Assembly (NCBI RefSeq): GCF_009914755.1
Contig: NC_060941.1
Length of the DNA stretch: 64,000 nucleotides
Direction: 5' to 3' (one strand)
Source: the human T2T-CHM13v2.0 reference genome, Homo sapiens
Shown in pieces: positions 14,301 to 30,422 of this stretch (position 1 is the first letter of the stretch; each line of letters starts with the position of its first letter). Under the pieces are notes generated by a model, which did no database searches, was not told where the DNA came from, and saw only the letters and a program-made list of their open reading frames with translations. A program made the translations under genes and the position numbers.

Positions 14301-15089
14301 GCTATTTCTGGTTTGATCTAAACACTCTCCACACCCAGAAAGAACACATCCCAGGGCTTGCAGCAGCTCACACTGCAGACCACACTAAACAGCCCTCCCA
14401 ACCCCTCTTCTCACCTATCACCTCTCAGAGAACCAGCTAGAGACTGGCCTGGAAGCCGTTCAACATAGACAAGGATGCTCTTTGAAGCTGGCTGGGTATG
14501 GCCTTAAATAACTCACAAGCCAGCTACCTCCTCTGTTTTCCCTCATGCCGCACAAATGGCTTCACTAACTTCAGGCCTCACCTTGAACCCTCACATCATT
14601 TCCTGACATTGCTGGTGCCTGGCCTGGAGGCAGCACCTTACACAGTAAGGAAAAGCAGCTGCTCATTACCTCGCCTCCCCACCTCCATTAGGATAAAAAT
14701 CACCTCCCAAGATGGGACTCTACAGCCAGAGGGTGAATTGGTGACCTCATTGCTCGGCTCACTAGGTTCCAGGCATCCCTAAATGCCAGTGATCTTTCCT
14801 TTCCCTCTGATGTGTCGATGCCAGCCTTTCAGTGGCCAGGATCCCTCCCCTGGCCCCCAGCCTGGTTGTAGAACCACCCTGGCGTGTCAAAGGACTCTGG
14901 ATTCCAAATGGCATGTTTAGAAGTGTGTTTACTGCCTGTGTTCGTGGTTTTCTACCATCAGGACACCGACTGTTGAAAGCAAAGTTCAAGCCAGGTTGGT
15001 GCAAGTTGCAGAAGCAGAAAAAGGATTCTACGCTACGCCTCTCTCCTTCCTTCAACTCAGCTATCCTGGACGCACTAATGTAATGCCAT

Positions 15090-15455
15090 TGTGTTAGTCT
15101 GTTTGGGTGGCTATAACAAAATACCACAGACTGCGTGGCTTATAAGCAACAGAAATGTCTTTCCCACAGTTTTGGAATCTGGGAAGTATGAGATCAAGGT
15201 GCCAGCAGATTCAGTCTCTGGTAAGGGCCTGCTTCCTGGTTCACAGATGGCAGCTTCTCACTGTGTCCTCACATGGTGGAAGGGGCAGGGGTTCTCTCTC
15301 AGGCCTCTTTTATAAGGGCACAAATCCCATTCATAAGGGCTCCACCCCAGTGACCTTATCACTCCTCAAAAGTCCCACCTCCTAATAACATCACCTTGGG
15401 GGCCAGGATATCAAAATAGAAATTTTAGAGGAACACAAACATTGAGACAATAGCA
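15090..15455 (-). mobile_element. MLT1A/MLT1A0 full solo LTR
   Basis: tgtgttagtctgtttggg...ataacaaaataccacagactg...aacattgagacaatagca, TG..CA termini. Confidence 0.85.
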
Positions 15456-15582
15456 CTCCATTTATCCACCTGTCCACTTGTCCATGTTCACTGTGCACAG
15501 CATTTCCTGGCCCCTCCTCTCCACTGACATATCTTTGTTTCTATATCAGAATTTTTTAAAAAGACATTCAGTAAGCTTCTGA

Positions 15583-15993
<411 letters not shown>

Positions 15994-16007
15994 ACGTATA
16001 TATTTTA

Positions 16008-16213
16008 ACATAGGGTCTTGCTCTGTTACCCAGGCTGAAGTGTATTGGCACTAACACAGCTCACTGCAGCCTCCACCTCCCCAGCTCAAGAGATCCTCCT
16101 GCCTCAGCCTCCTGAGTAGCTGAGACTACAGGTGTGCACTACCATGCCTGGTTACTTTTTTTTTTTTTTTTTTTTTGTGCAGAGATGGGTTCTCCCTATG
16201 TTGCCCAGGCTGG
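16008..16213 (-). mobile_element. AluJ, partial
   Basis: right arm plus part of left arm; embedded in a MIR (~15590-16345). Confidence 0.85.
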
Positions 16214-16322
16214 AATACTATTATTAACCCCATTTTATAGACCCAGAAACTGAGCCTCAGAATGGTTATGAAACTTACCTGGATTCCACATCCAATGAAC
16301 AGCCACACTGGGATTTAGATGA

Positions 16323-16623
<301 letters not shown>

Positions 16624-16639
16624 TAAGAACTAAGTCTTG

Positions 16640-16755
16640 TTTTTTGTGTGTTTTGATTTGATTTGATTTGATTTGGGTTTTGTAGAGGCAAGATCTCCCT
16701 ATGTTGCTGAAGCTAGTACTGAATTCCTGGACTCAAGCAATCCTCCTGCCTCGGT
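16640..16755 (-). mobile_element. FLAM / Alu left-arm fragment
   Basis: gtagaggcaagatctccctatgttgc...ctcaagcaatcctcctgcctcgg with (TTTGA)n tail. Confidence 0.7.
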
Positions 16756-16956
16756 GAGGTCTTATTTTAATAACAGCAGGTCTGGGTCCCTAAAGGACTC
16801 TCTGTGACATATGCAGTGATTGGTGTTGCAAGAAACACCAAAGGTAAAGGCTTAGAGTAGCCCCATGAATAGCCAGATTCAAACTCCAACATCCTGGTAC
16901 CAGGATCTGAGCACTCAACCTGGTCACATAAACTCGGCATGCAAGAGAGAATCAGA

Positions 16957-17529
<573 letters not shown>

Positions 17530-19189
17530 TTTTGGTATCTCTACCCTTGCCTGAATTGGGCCAGGTGTGTCTGCAGATCACCAGCCTGCCAGCTATAACC
17601 ACCCACTCCATAGGTGGTACCAACAAGGTCAGCAGCATGCAGCTTGGGCCCATGGATCAGAGATTACACTCCTATTACTGGCAGGGGCCCATCTAACCCC
17701 TGGAGCCTGCAGCCAACTGCCAACCCAGCCCAAAGCTGACCTCGCTTGACTTGATTCCTTATCTTCAGGCACTCTCTGCCTCCCTGGGCTCCCATCAGAA
17801 CAGCCCAGAAAGCTGCACGCCTGCTTCCTGCCAGAGAGGACATGCTAGATAGAGAGAGCTGGGGTGACAAGCCCAGCTGGAAAGCAAAGTACTTCCCAAA
17901 GCAGCACTTAGCAGGGCCATGTGCTGGGGAATCAGCCTTTGCTTGAGCAGAGGCATCCAACAGCTTGCAAGGCAAAGAAACAAACAGCTCCCAAGCACAA
18001 AACGCCTTCACAAATGTACGGCGTGTGAAAGAACCCACCTGTCTCTCTGCCACCCCACCCACCCAGGTAACACCCAAAGCAGCAGCAGCAACTGCGGCCG
18101 CCTCCACCCGCAACAGCCAAAGTCATGTGAATGCCAAGAGCCTTTGCTTGTCAGCTCCTAAGGACATTTGGCCTAGCACAAAGCCCAGGACAAGAGATCA
18201 AGAAATAGTTATGGATGCAAGGGGCCTAGGACAGGGTGAGGTGGATGTGGAAGTGCCTGTGAAATCAATACAGCCTTCTACTTCCTCTTGAAATTTGCTT
18301 TCTCGAGCCTCTTTTTAAAGGACCTGGTATTGTCCTTGACTAAGGATCCTGTATGCACAAAGGTATCTAAAACCACGGCCAGCCTAAGGCATTGCTGATT
18401 GAGTCCACATGTGTGTATATTTTATTGTTGGGTACATATAGGTTTATGTGAATGGGGGGAGTCGAAAACACAGGAAAAACCAAAATGCAAGGGGTATTAG
18501 ACAGCATTGCCTGAAAAAGACACTCATTTTCCATGATTGATGATCAAGGTTGGTATCAATGACTGCTTGCGTTTCCCATCTCCACTGCACCCCTGAATAG
18601 ATGCCCCTTACCATGAAATTTATAGCCCTTTGCTTGAAATGCTATACTCTACAGTAAGCTAGGACCAAAATAATAACTAGAGGGCAAAGCAATTAACCAT
18701 TTCCCCAGGCTGAAGTTTCATCCTCTTACTGCCTTGATAATTTACTCTGCAAAGTGGCAGGCACCTGGCTCAGAGTCACTCTCCAAATCTATTCAAAAGT
18801 CCCTGAATTCTGCTGAGTTTGGTTTCACTGTATGAACAGGACCAAAAACAATAAGGTCTTTGACACCTTATTATAATTATATTATAATACTAAGTTGTAT
18901 TATAATTATAACACAACTTAGTTTTCCTCCAAAGCTTCCATTTGCTGGGATGCTAGGAGACAGCATGAGCAGTTTTACTGTTTTCATGGAAGCCTTTGGG
19001 GGAGCGGACCAAAAATTACATCACTGTGTGCCATTCCTTCGCCACCACATCTTCCTATTTCCACAGAGATCTTGGGGCTCTCAGGCCCCCAGCCTCAGGG
19101 TTCTCATGGAAAAGTTGTGGCCATTCTGAACTTTCAGGGGAAATACAAGAAATGGGAACACCAAGACAAAAGGCAGCCAAAATTATATC

Positions 19190-19960
19190 ACAATCTGTCC
19201 AATTCTGAACCTATGATCTTATCATCTGCTCTGACCTCTCCTCGCCCCCAACTGCATCTCCTCCTGTCTCCTATTCAGTGAATGGTTCCACCATCTGCCA
19301 CTGGCTCAAGTCACAAATATGGGGGTTATCTGGGACTTACCCATTTCCCTCATCACCACCCCCATGCCGTATTCAATCAGTCTCTTAAGCTCTGTCACCC
19401 TCTTTTCTCCAGCTTCACTGCCATCACTTTTGTTCAGACCACCGTCTTCTTTCCCCTGGTTGAACAAGAGCCTAAGTGTCTCCCTTGCTTTTAGTCTTGC
19501 TCCCCTCTGTCTATTCTCCACACTACGGTGCCACAATGACCTTTCTGAAAAACAAATAGAATCATGTCACTGCTGTACTTAAAACCCCTCAGAAACCACT
19601 TGTGTTCACCAGGATAAAATTCTAACCCCAACCTTGGTACCCAAGGTCTTTCATGTTGGCTCCCAGGCCACCTCCCCCAGCCTCTTTTCTCACCACTCTC
19701 CCCTTCTCTTACCAAATACTAAACTACTAGTAGTTCTCAGGACACGCCATGCTCTTTCATGCCTCTAGTCCTTGCACATACTATTTCCACATTCTGGAAC
19801 AATTTTTCATCTTCTTTCTCCTGGCTAAGTCCTACGCATTCTCCAAGAATCAGCTAATGCATATCTTCCTCTAGAAAACTTTCTGAAGAGGCAAAAAGCC
19901 CCTCCTGCCTCCTTACTGTCCCCAAGCTCTTGCATAAAAACATGCTGTTCCTTCTGTCTT
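19190..19960 (+). mobile_element. L2 fragment
   Basis: pyrimidine-rich L2 sense pattern (tcagtgaatggttccaccatc...atcatgtcactgctgtacttaaaacccc). Confidence 0.7.
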
Positions 19961-20276
19961 ATTCTTATCCTTCTTAAATGTGGCAGGAGGTGAAGCAGAC
20001 TCCTGAGCAATTCCTAACCCATAGCACCTGAGGGACTATCTCCCTAGCCTCCCTTTCCTCTTTCCTAACAGAACCCCAATGTCTTCGGATATCCACCCTC
20101 ACCCAAATAGCCCCATGCCTCAGGGAAAGCTGACCTTGCCACACTGATTGGGCTGGGGGAAGGGGAATATATATCTCATTTTTCTTCACAATGATTGGCT
20201 CAAGAATGTCATGTGACCCAATTCTGGCCAATGAGTTATGACATTTCTTGTCTCTTAAGAGAGAGTCACTGGAGGA

Positions 20277-20918
<642 letters not shown>

Positions 20919-20919
20919 T

Positions 20920-21411
20920 CAAGAATTCTTAGCCTTTTTTTGGTGGGGGGGTGGTGCCAGGATCCCTTTTGTGGTAAGATGAATTCCGTGAACTGCTTCT
21001 TAGAATAATATTTTAAAATATATAAAATAAATTACATGTAAACAATTATAATTTAACCACGTATTAAAATATTAAAACAATATATTTGTGGTGTAATAAT
21101 ATATGTGATACTTTATTAACACATTCAATATCAATATTTAATGGCAGGTCTAATAACTACTACAATTTCAAAGTGGGATTGAGTATAAATGATATTTTAT
21201 GATATATTTGTAATTGTAATGTTATATGAAAATACATATGATTTCTTTTGGTGGCAAAGCCACAGTACACTACTACCACTATAGATGTTGCCTGCATCCA
21301 TAATTGAAGAAAATGCCACATTTCAGTTAGAGGTTAGTGGTGTAATTCTTTCTCCCACTCAGGTTCGTGGCTCTCCGGGTTTGTCTGTGGAGCCCAGGTA
21401 AGAGCTCCCTG
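20920..21411. mobile_element. Charlie4a (hAT-Charlie)
   Basis: caagaattcttagcc ... ggtctaataactactacaatttcaaagt ... tttcagttagaggttagtg ... agagctccctg; ctct-starting flanks. Confidence 0.75.
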
Positions 21412-22068
21412 CTCTGGACTTTGTACTCTCTGGCTGTGATGGCTGGAACCACTGCAGCCATCTTGCCAGCAACTGGAGGGTGGACCACTATGGCGTTGGC
21501 ATACCGGAAAGATGAAAAGAACCTGGGTCCTTGATACCATTGCTGGGCCTCTAAACCAACCAGCCCCAAAGCCTATTGACTTCAGTTATGGAAAATAATA
21601 AAATGACTTATTGTTTAAGCCCATTTGACCCAGGATTTCTATGGATTCAGCTAATTTACAGAGAAGGAAGAAGGTTTAACTTTATGTCAGAGTCAGTGTC
21701 AAAAGACAGAACAAATGGAGCACCTACACCGAGCTCACAATCCAAGTAGAAAGCCCCTTTCCTGACGGAAAGCAATTTAAACTGCCTCTGCTATATTCAC
21801 AGTGCAGGAGAATACCGATTGCACAAAGACAACGTATGCTCTGAGCCCTGGAGTCAGTGAGACTTCTGGGAGCACCTGTACCTTACCATCATCTTGCAAG
21901 CGCATTGGATGGAGGTGAACCCTTGCACAAGGACAGATTGATGAAAACTCTTTCCTAACCACTGTACTTTGAGCACACCTGGAAGCAGTAACAAGCATTC
22001 TGAACATGAAAGCTTACACTCTATTGCCCACAGCATGGGGCAAGAACAATGTGGGATACATCCAAAAG

Positions 22069-22282
22069 CAGTGCTGCTCAAACTATAGTCCTCAGAAAGG
22101 AACATCAAACCTGATGATGCGTCTGAAACAGGCACCAGAAACATCAGGAACAGATTGCTGGGCCCTATCCTCAGAGGTTCTGATTCAGCAGGTTGGCAGC
22201 AAGCCCTAAAATGTGCATTTCCAAAAAAACTTAGTGTTATGATGAGGTTTTTGGTCCAAGGATCACACTTTAAGAAGCACTG
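22069..22282. mobile_element. MER5-family MITE
   Basis: cagtgctgctcaaact ... gattgctgggccctatcctcagaggttctgattcagcagg ... cacactttaagaagcactg. Confidence 0.7.
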
Positions 22283-22379
22283 TCCTAGAGGATCCACAGA
22301 GGCCCAGAATGACTCCCTCAGCCACATGGCTAATCATATCACTTAAGGAATAGGATCTGGCTTTACAAATTTATTAGGA

Positions 22380-22482
22380 GTCTGGTGCAGAGGCTGGTGC
22401 CTATAATCCCAGCTACTCAAGAGTTCGAGATGAGCCTGGGCAACATAGAGAGACCCTGCCCCCCAGCTCTTAAAAAACAAAG
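22380..22482 (+). mobile_element. FLAM/FAM monomer with internal deletion
   Basis: gcctataatcccagctactcaagagttcgagatgagcctgggcaacatag. Confidence 0.65.
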
Positions 22483-22571
22483 TTCATTAGGTATTAGTAG
22501 GCTGAAAAATTGATCTGGTTATCTAGTTCTCTTTGCCAAGTTTGTTTTGAGCCAGGCACAACTCTGCTTGA

Positions 22572-23945
22572 CAGTGGAGTGCTGGAGCTAGCTGATACCA
22601 GCTCGAAAGAGCTAATTGTTAAATTTTCAGGAATTTTGCAAGCTGGTTATTATACACAGCCATCATTACAAATTAATTATATACACTTTTAACAAAATAA
22701 ATTACATTAAAAACAAAGATACTTAGTACTCCTCACTTCCTAATTATTTTACTATATTTTATTATCATCTCTGCTCTTAAGGTTATTTACATCTACTGTA
22801 TGTATGTGATGAAAAGATTATATGATGGTGTATCTCCTCTTCCCCACTCTACATTCGATGACTCACCACTGGTAGGTTGGAATCAGCCACGGTGGAATTT
22901 ACACCATGGAAATTGTTGATTGTATTGATTTCAGATAATGATGGAGAAAATGTTAATACTGCAGATTAAACTTAAAATCATGTTGTGTCTGTAACTGTTA
23001 CACTGTGACTAGTACCAAAAAATCAAGGCAATATTCTTCCAGCATTCAAATACTACCACCTGATTCAGCAAAGAAGTCACTATGTCATTGACTAACAAAT
23101 GAAATTCTGATACACGTTTGTTGTTTTTCTTTCATTTGACTCCTTAATGGAAATGAAACTATCAACTGACATTCCTGTTGGAATTATCCTCATTTGTTAA
23201 TGATGTGAGTTCTTCTTTGGCAAATTGGATAGCATTGATTCATAGTCTGATTTTGTCAAATCATGGTTGAATTGAAACCATAGTTATGGCTGGGGAAACA
23301 AGATTTCAACAAAGGTCAACAAAAGCACTGTGAGAATCAGTTGGCTGTGTGAAATTTACAATAAAGCATTGTATAGTTTACTCTTCTTTGTAATTTGGGT
23401 GCTTCACATCTGTATTAGTCAGATCAGACGGCCATAACGAAATATTATACCATGGATTGGGTAGCTTAAACAAGAAAAAGTTATTTTCTCACAATTCTGG
23501 AGACCAGAAGTCCAAGATCAAGGTTTCAGCCAATTTGGTTTGTGGTGAGGGTTCTCTTCCCAGCTGGTAGATGGGCCGCTTTCTCTTTTGTCCTCAAGTA
23601 GCCTTTCCTCAGTGTGCATACGCTTGCACATGGGCAGAGAGACCCAGCTCTCTGGAGTCTCTCCTTATAAGGACACTAATCCTTTCAGATTAGGGCCTCA
23701 CCCTTATAACCTTATTTAACCTTAATTACTTCCTTAAAGTCCTCATCTCTGAATATAGCCACATCGGGGGATAGGGCTTCAACATAAGAATTGGTTGAGG
23801 GGGCAGCAGATACAAACATTCAGTCAATAGCAACATCCTTTCTCTCTGTAAAATATCTAAAAATTTATAATAAACAAATGATACAAAAGTTATAATAAAC
23901 ATTTTTTTCTGGAGAGCCAGTTTTAAAATATTAATGATCACCATC
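22572..23945. mobile_element. MER63 (long C/D-type, hAT-Blackjack) split by MLT1
   Basis: cagtggagtgctggagc...aattgttaaattttcaggaattttgc...tttacaccatggaaattg; resumes after the LTR to gagagccagttt. Confidence 0.75.
23411..23832 (-). mobile_element. MLT1A/MLT1B full solo LTR
   Basis: TG..CA termini and perfect 5-bp TSD ACATC (23406-23410, 23833-23837). Confidence 0.88.
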
Positions 23946-25146
23946 TTTTAGTCATCTTTATTTTCTGGACAGGGTAGGTCCTAGCTGATTATTAGGGGGA
24001 GGATTCCATTGCCCAGAGTGAGCAAAACTGGATGAGCAACTCCCTGGCAGAATTCTGTCTTACCAGGCTGATTTTGTTCGAATGTGCTGCCTGTAACAAT
24101 AGTATCTTTCCCACGCTTGTAATTCGTCCTCCTGCGAGTAGCTTGGTGTACTTCCCTAGGCAGAGAGTTGTCCTGAAAGTGGCCAAACTTGCTGACCCAG
24201 GGCCACACCAACCCTCCCAATTGCTCACAGTCTGTCCCTCTTTCCTTACAAGTTTACCAGGGCACGAAAAGCAGGCAACTTCCTACTGAATCTCTCCACC
24301 AGAACAGGACTGGGGAAGGGACCTCCCTTTCTCATCAGAGGTCCAAGGCAGCAGTACAGCATGCTAATACCCAGAGGCAGGCAGTGCTACAGTTGGGCAG
24401 TCTGGTCAGTGGTGACAGTGCAGGCCACACAAGGCCTTGAGTTGGAGGAGCAGAGGGTCTTTCCAGAGCAGTGGAGATGATGTAGGACTGGACTTATTCA
24501 CAAACTCGATGACTCTCAGATATGCTGGAGAGGAGAGATCAAGTCCTGCAGTTGCTCAGGTAGGGCTATCCAGCAGCAACTTTCTGATCTAACTATTTAT
24601 GAGATCTCATTTGCACCTCATTTGTCAAGCTTCACCTTCATTCTGCAGATGAGAAAGCTCATTTTAGGAGAGGAGATGACTCAGCCAAAGAGGTCACATG
24701 GTGAATCAGGGTCCAGTGGTGTGGATGTGTCTGTTTCATTCAGCCTCTGCTCTGGGCAAGCTTTCTCCTTTAAATGAGCAGAGGAAGCATCAGCTCCGTG
24801 CATAGAAACATGCAGAGCCAGCTGGCATGTCTGCGAATCTGCATCTGTGCTTCTCCCAGACCTTTCAAAGGTTCTGGGGATGAGAGTGCAGGGTGAAGGC
24901 ACTCCAGAAGGACTATGCTGGTAACTTGCCCAATGGCCCACTGTCATCGCCTTGACTCATCACCCACCTGTTTCATTTGTCTCTGTCTGGGAGCTTAACT
25001 AGAGTCCAAGTTCCTATAGGCAGGGAACATGATATGCATGGGCTCCTGAGCCAGAACTGTGTTCAAATATTGATGCTGCCACTTACTAGCTATGCCACTG
25101 GGCAAGTCCATTAAATGGAAAAGGAAAGATGCAAAAATTCGTTGAG

Positions 25147-25460
<314 letters not shown>

Positions 25461-25480
25461 TGTAACATAATGAATGCCTT

Positions 25481-26111
25481 TTATAAGTTAGGATTTGTTT
25501 TACTTGTAAATGACTGAAACCCAACTCAAACAGGATTAAGCAAAAAAAAAAAAAAAACAGTTTATCGTTTCAGCAATCAAATGATCCTGGAATAGACCTT
25601 ATAGGCTTCTGGTGAGGCTTGAGACCTTGTAGACTTCCAGGGGGCTGAGCAATGTCCTCAGGACCCATTTTTGCTCTCTCCATCTCTAGCCTCCACTTTT
25701 TCGGTGTTGGCTCCATTGTGGGCTTTCTACTCAGGGTAGAAAGGTGGCTGCCTAATCTCCAGTTGTGTATACATGTGCTGCATATACCAACTGTCAAGCT
25801 CCCATCCACTGGTAAGGAAAACCAGTCTCTTCCCCCAAAACACTCACACAAATCCTAGGCTTCACTTTGGACCAATCTAGGTCATGAGTTGCACCCCTGA
25901 ACCAACGGCTGTGGCTAGGGGAATCCAGAGCACTGGTCAGCCACGCTTGAGTCACTTGCTCACCCCCTGGAGTGAAAATGAAGCCTGGTCCAGAGCTCAC
26001 AAACTACAAATGCGGTATGGAGAGGTTTCACAAAGAAAAAGAAAGAAACTATTACTGAAATAAGGTACAATGGATTCTGGGTAGCCAAAAAGACAACAAA
26101 TGTCTGCCACA
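25481..26111 (-). mobile_element. MLT1K-like MaLR LTR
   Basis: tgtaaatgactgaaacccaactcaaacagg...cccctgaaccaacggctgtggctagggg...aaatgtctgccaca. Confidence 0.7.
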
Positions 26112-26489
26112 CCTACTATCTACCATGCTCCTGGTACTTTTTTTTTTCATTAAACTCTTGCAATGGTATAACTTAACCTTTCAGAATCACAGTTTCCCCT
26201 TTTTAAAATGAAGATAATGATACCTAATAAGACTAGCTACTACTTATCTGGTACTTTCTAGGCACTGGGCTAAATGCTTTATGTATTCCAACTCATGTAA
26301 TTATTTATATCATAAGATTATTGTTGGAAATAAATTAAAATAGATGACATAAAATGTCCTAGGCATAATACCTGATACATAATAGGTGATAAATGTTTAA
26401 ATGCATTTTATTTTATCAGTCACTCAAGCACAGTATTAAGCACCTAACAGATGCTTATTTTAAAAGATGAACAAATTAATCTATGTATG

Positions 26490-27030
26490 AAATTATTTCT
26501 GCATTTACTTATTTATACTCTACCTAGTTGCACAAAGGATTTGATATACAGGATATGCATTCGATAATATAGCACAATATAAACAGGTAAATAAAATCAG
26601 GACCAAGGAATGTGTGAATTAGAATAGAATAATAAGATAAGGGGAAAAATAAAATGCATTAATGGATGTCATGGATTTAGTTTTTGAATTTGAGGCTTCG
26701 AGTTTCCTGGCAACCAAAGAGAAAAGGGAAAACCCGTTGGCTGCAATACCACAGTTCAAGAATGCAAAATAAAATCATTCCTCCAGGAAGATAATTTAAT
26801 GCATTGGCTTTTGAGATAAAGGAATTCTTGTTGGGCAGTTGGGGTAGTGGGGACAGGGACAGATACTGAAAAACTGTATTTGAGGTAAAAACAGTAGTTT
26901 TTTTTAGCACAGGAAGTAATTGGCAAAAAAGCACCTAATCTTTTGTGGGGCAAATGCCTGATGTACTTTTGATAACAGAATGAGGTGCCACTTTAGGCCT
27001 CTGATACAACAATCAAATCCCTTGAGGTGA
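26490..27030 (-). mobile_element. L4 (RTE-X) like relic
   Basis: ttatttatactctacctagttgcacaaaggattt and gtttcctggcaaccaaagagaaaagggaaac resemble the L4 3' region. Confidence 0.4.
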
Positions 27031-28470
27031 AATGCCTCCCACAGCCTTGGGGGGGATTTCCCTCCAACAGACGCCATATTCAGAGGGGAGGCAGGAAGCT
27101 AGTCTCCAGAAAGAAGCATACCCTGCAGACCTGACTTCCATTCTCAAGAAGAGACCCAGGAGCTGTTCTCCCTGAGGCCTAAGGAGGAGAAACCAAGGGG
27201 GTTTTCACCTGGCAGCTCCCCTAGGCAGGATAACTCTTCTCAGCTCCAAGGTCCCTGCCTGCAGCCGAGAAAGAGTTAATTGCAGTGACCCAAATCTGCA
27301 GTCCCATTTTCAGCATGCTGAAAATTACTTTTTAATCCTGGCTTTTAGGGCTTGCCTGGGGAGCCATCTGCTGCACCCTCCCCCACCTCGGGCACACAGG
27401 ATTACTCCCACCTGCCCGCCTAACTTGCTTTTGTGGGGCCTAATTCTGCTCCTGCCCTTCCAGATCATAGTAATTTGGAGGATGACAGTTTCATTTGTGG
27501 CGTAGGAAGAGAGCAAAGATTTTAAAACAACAAAAAGCAAGGTCTTCCAGCCCAGATTAAATAGAAAACAATTTGAAAGGTCAGAATCCACAGAGGTACA
27601 GGTCTGGGATAATCAGACCCCCAGCCTCAGCCATGCCATGCCATCTGTTGCAGGCATCTGGGGCTGGGCAATGTAGCACTTGGTTTTATTCTGGGTTCCA
27701 ATACTTAGGGGTCATAGGGTTCCAAAAGTGGGTGATGCACCCATGACTCAGCTTGCTCCATCCAAGGAAATTGAGCAGAAGTCCCTAAACTCCCACTGGA
27801 ACAAGACCTAGAGATTATGCCCTAGTCTCTCAGTCCTTCAGCACCTCTCTAGACCAGTTTAGGGAAGCCCCCTACTGTGTGCCTTGGTCTGCACCCTCAA
27901 GGACCTAACTGTGCAATGGAGGAGAGATGAGTCATAAAGAGTACCCAGTGGGATATATGCTACGATGGGGCCTTTGACCTGAGCCTTGAAGAATAAGCAT
28001 TCACCAGATAGACAAGGTGAGACAGGACCTTCTAGAGAAAGGGAATTGCATGGACAGAAGCCAGAGATGGGATGGTGCTTCTGAGGAGGGTACAGGAAAA
28101 AAGGGTCTCACCTACATGGCTGGTGGAAGTTATCAGTTCCATGGGTACAACCTCTGAGAAGCCAATCTAGCAATAATCTTTGAAATTACAAACATACATA
28201 TCCTTTCACCCAGAAATTCCGCTTCCAAGAATTCAACTAGCAGATATACTCCCACGTATGCAAAATGGCATGCTTACAAGTTATTCAATGCAGCATTGTT
28301 TGCAATAGCAAAAGGTTGAAAATGACCTACACGTCCACCAACAGGCTGGTCAAATGAATTCTAGGACATTCATACAAAGAATACTCTGCAACGGGAAAAA
28401 GAATAAAGTAGTTCTTTATGTTCTGGTAGGAAATCATCTCTAAGAGTGTTGTTCGTGATAAAAAGCAAGG

Positions 28471-28866
28471 GAAGTAACCAAATGCAATGTGTGGACCTTA
28501 CTTGAATTTTGATTCAAACAAAACAGCATTTGTTGAGAGAGAAAAAAAATCAAGGAAATCTGAATGCTGACTAGGTAGCTTATGGTATTAAAGAATTATT
28601 GTTTTCTTTTACATGTGTAGAGGTTGTGTTTTTTCTCAGGTAATTTTCTTTTAGAAATATATGCTGAAGAATTAATAGATGAAATTATATGATGCCTGGG
28701 ATTTGATTTAAAATAATCAGGGGGAGAGGGAGAGGAAGTGAAGATACAAAAAGATTGGCCGAGTGTGGATCATTGTTGAAGTGGGTTGATGGCTATATGG
28801 GGGGTTCACACTGTTTTTTCTACTTTTGTGTATGTGTGAAATTTTCCTGCAATAAAAGCTTCTTAG
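28471..28866 (+). mobile_element. L1MC-type 3' end nested in L1ME
   Basis: aaatgcaatgtgtggacctt...gatgaaattatatgatgcctgggattt...caataaaa; TSD aaagcaagg at 28462 and 28867. Confidence 0.7.
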
Positions 28867-28893
28867 AAAGCAAGGTGCAGACTGGTGTATTTA

Positions 28894-29544
<651 letters not shown>

Positions 29545-30142
29545 CTATCAGGCTATCTTTAGGAATACAGTTAGTTTAAAAAATAAGTATTACATAATGT
29601 GAAAAATGTGGGAATACAAAGGAGGAAATGAATCATCTTTAAGGGGGAGAGGGGCTGGTTGAGGAATGTTGCTGGAGAGGAGATGACGTCTGAGCCGCAT
29701 CCTGAAGGGTGTCAAGGAGCTTGGCAGGTGAGGAGTGTGAGTTAGGAGTCAAGCATTTTGTACTGAGGAAAAAACAAGAGCAAAGGTCAGAAAATTTAAA
29801 GAATAGAGTATGTTTAACTAAAGACACTGCTTTTGTATTATTATCAAATCATACTATTGTCTTATATGGAGAACTTTAGCCACGCCTCTTCAATTCAATT
29901 CAAAGGGATTTATACATCCACACATACAAAAACAGTAGGAACAATATACTTGCCTATTTGCTTATATACTTATAACAAATCTCTGGAAGAAAACATGCAG
30001 CTGCTAAAACTGTTTGCCTCCAGGAGGGTAGACTAGTGGCTGGGGGACAAGAGTAGGAAGGAGATTTTTTACTGTTTTATTTTTTGTATCTTTTGAATTT
30101 GGACCCAAGTAAATATATTATCTTAAACAAACAAACAAAAAA

Positions 30143-30422
30143 GGCCAGGTGCAATTGCTCATGCCTGTAATCCCAACACTTTGAGAGGCTGAGGCAGGCG
30201 GATCACTTGAGGCCAGGAGTTTGAGACCAGCCTGGCCAACATGGCAAAACCCCATCTCTACTAAAAATACAAAAATTAGCTGGGCATAGCAGCATGCACC
30301 TGTAATCCCAGGTACTTGGGAAACTGAGGCAGGAGAATCACTTGAACCAGGAGGTGGAGGTTGCAGTGAGCAGAGATCACATCACTGCACTCCTGCCTGG
30401 GCAACAGAGTGAGACTGTCTCA
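30143..30422 (+). mobile_element. AluS (Sx/Sz)
   Basis: dimeric Alu whose tail is replaced by a GAA/GGA tract. Confidence 0.92.

Noticed and set aside
17664-18291. Overlapping 108-149 aa ORFs with Ala-rich stretch
   Set aside because: Non-ATG starts, no recognisable domain, open on both strands owing to composition; kept only as a non-coding candidate
18881-18906. 10-bp AT-rich inverted repeat
   Set aside because: Low-complexity ATTATA context makes chance palindromes likely
22380-22482. BC200 or 7SL RNA gene
   Set aside because: Lacks the BC200 unique C-rich 3' domain and the 7SL S domain; it is a decayed FLAM/FAM monomer
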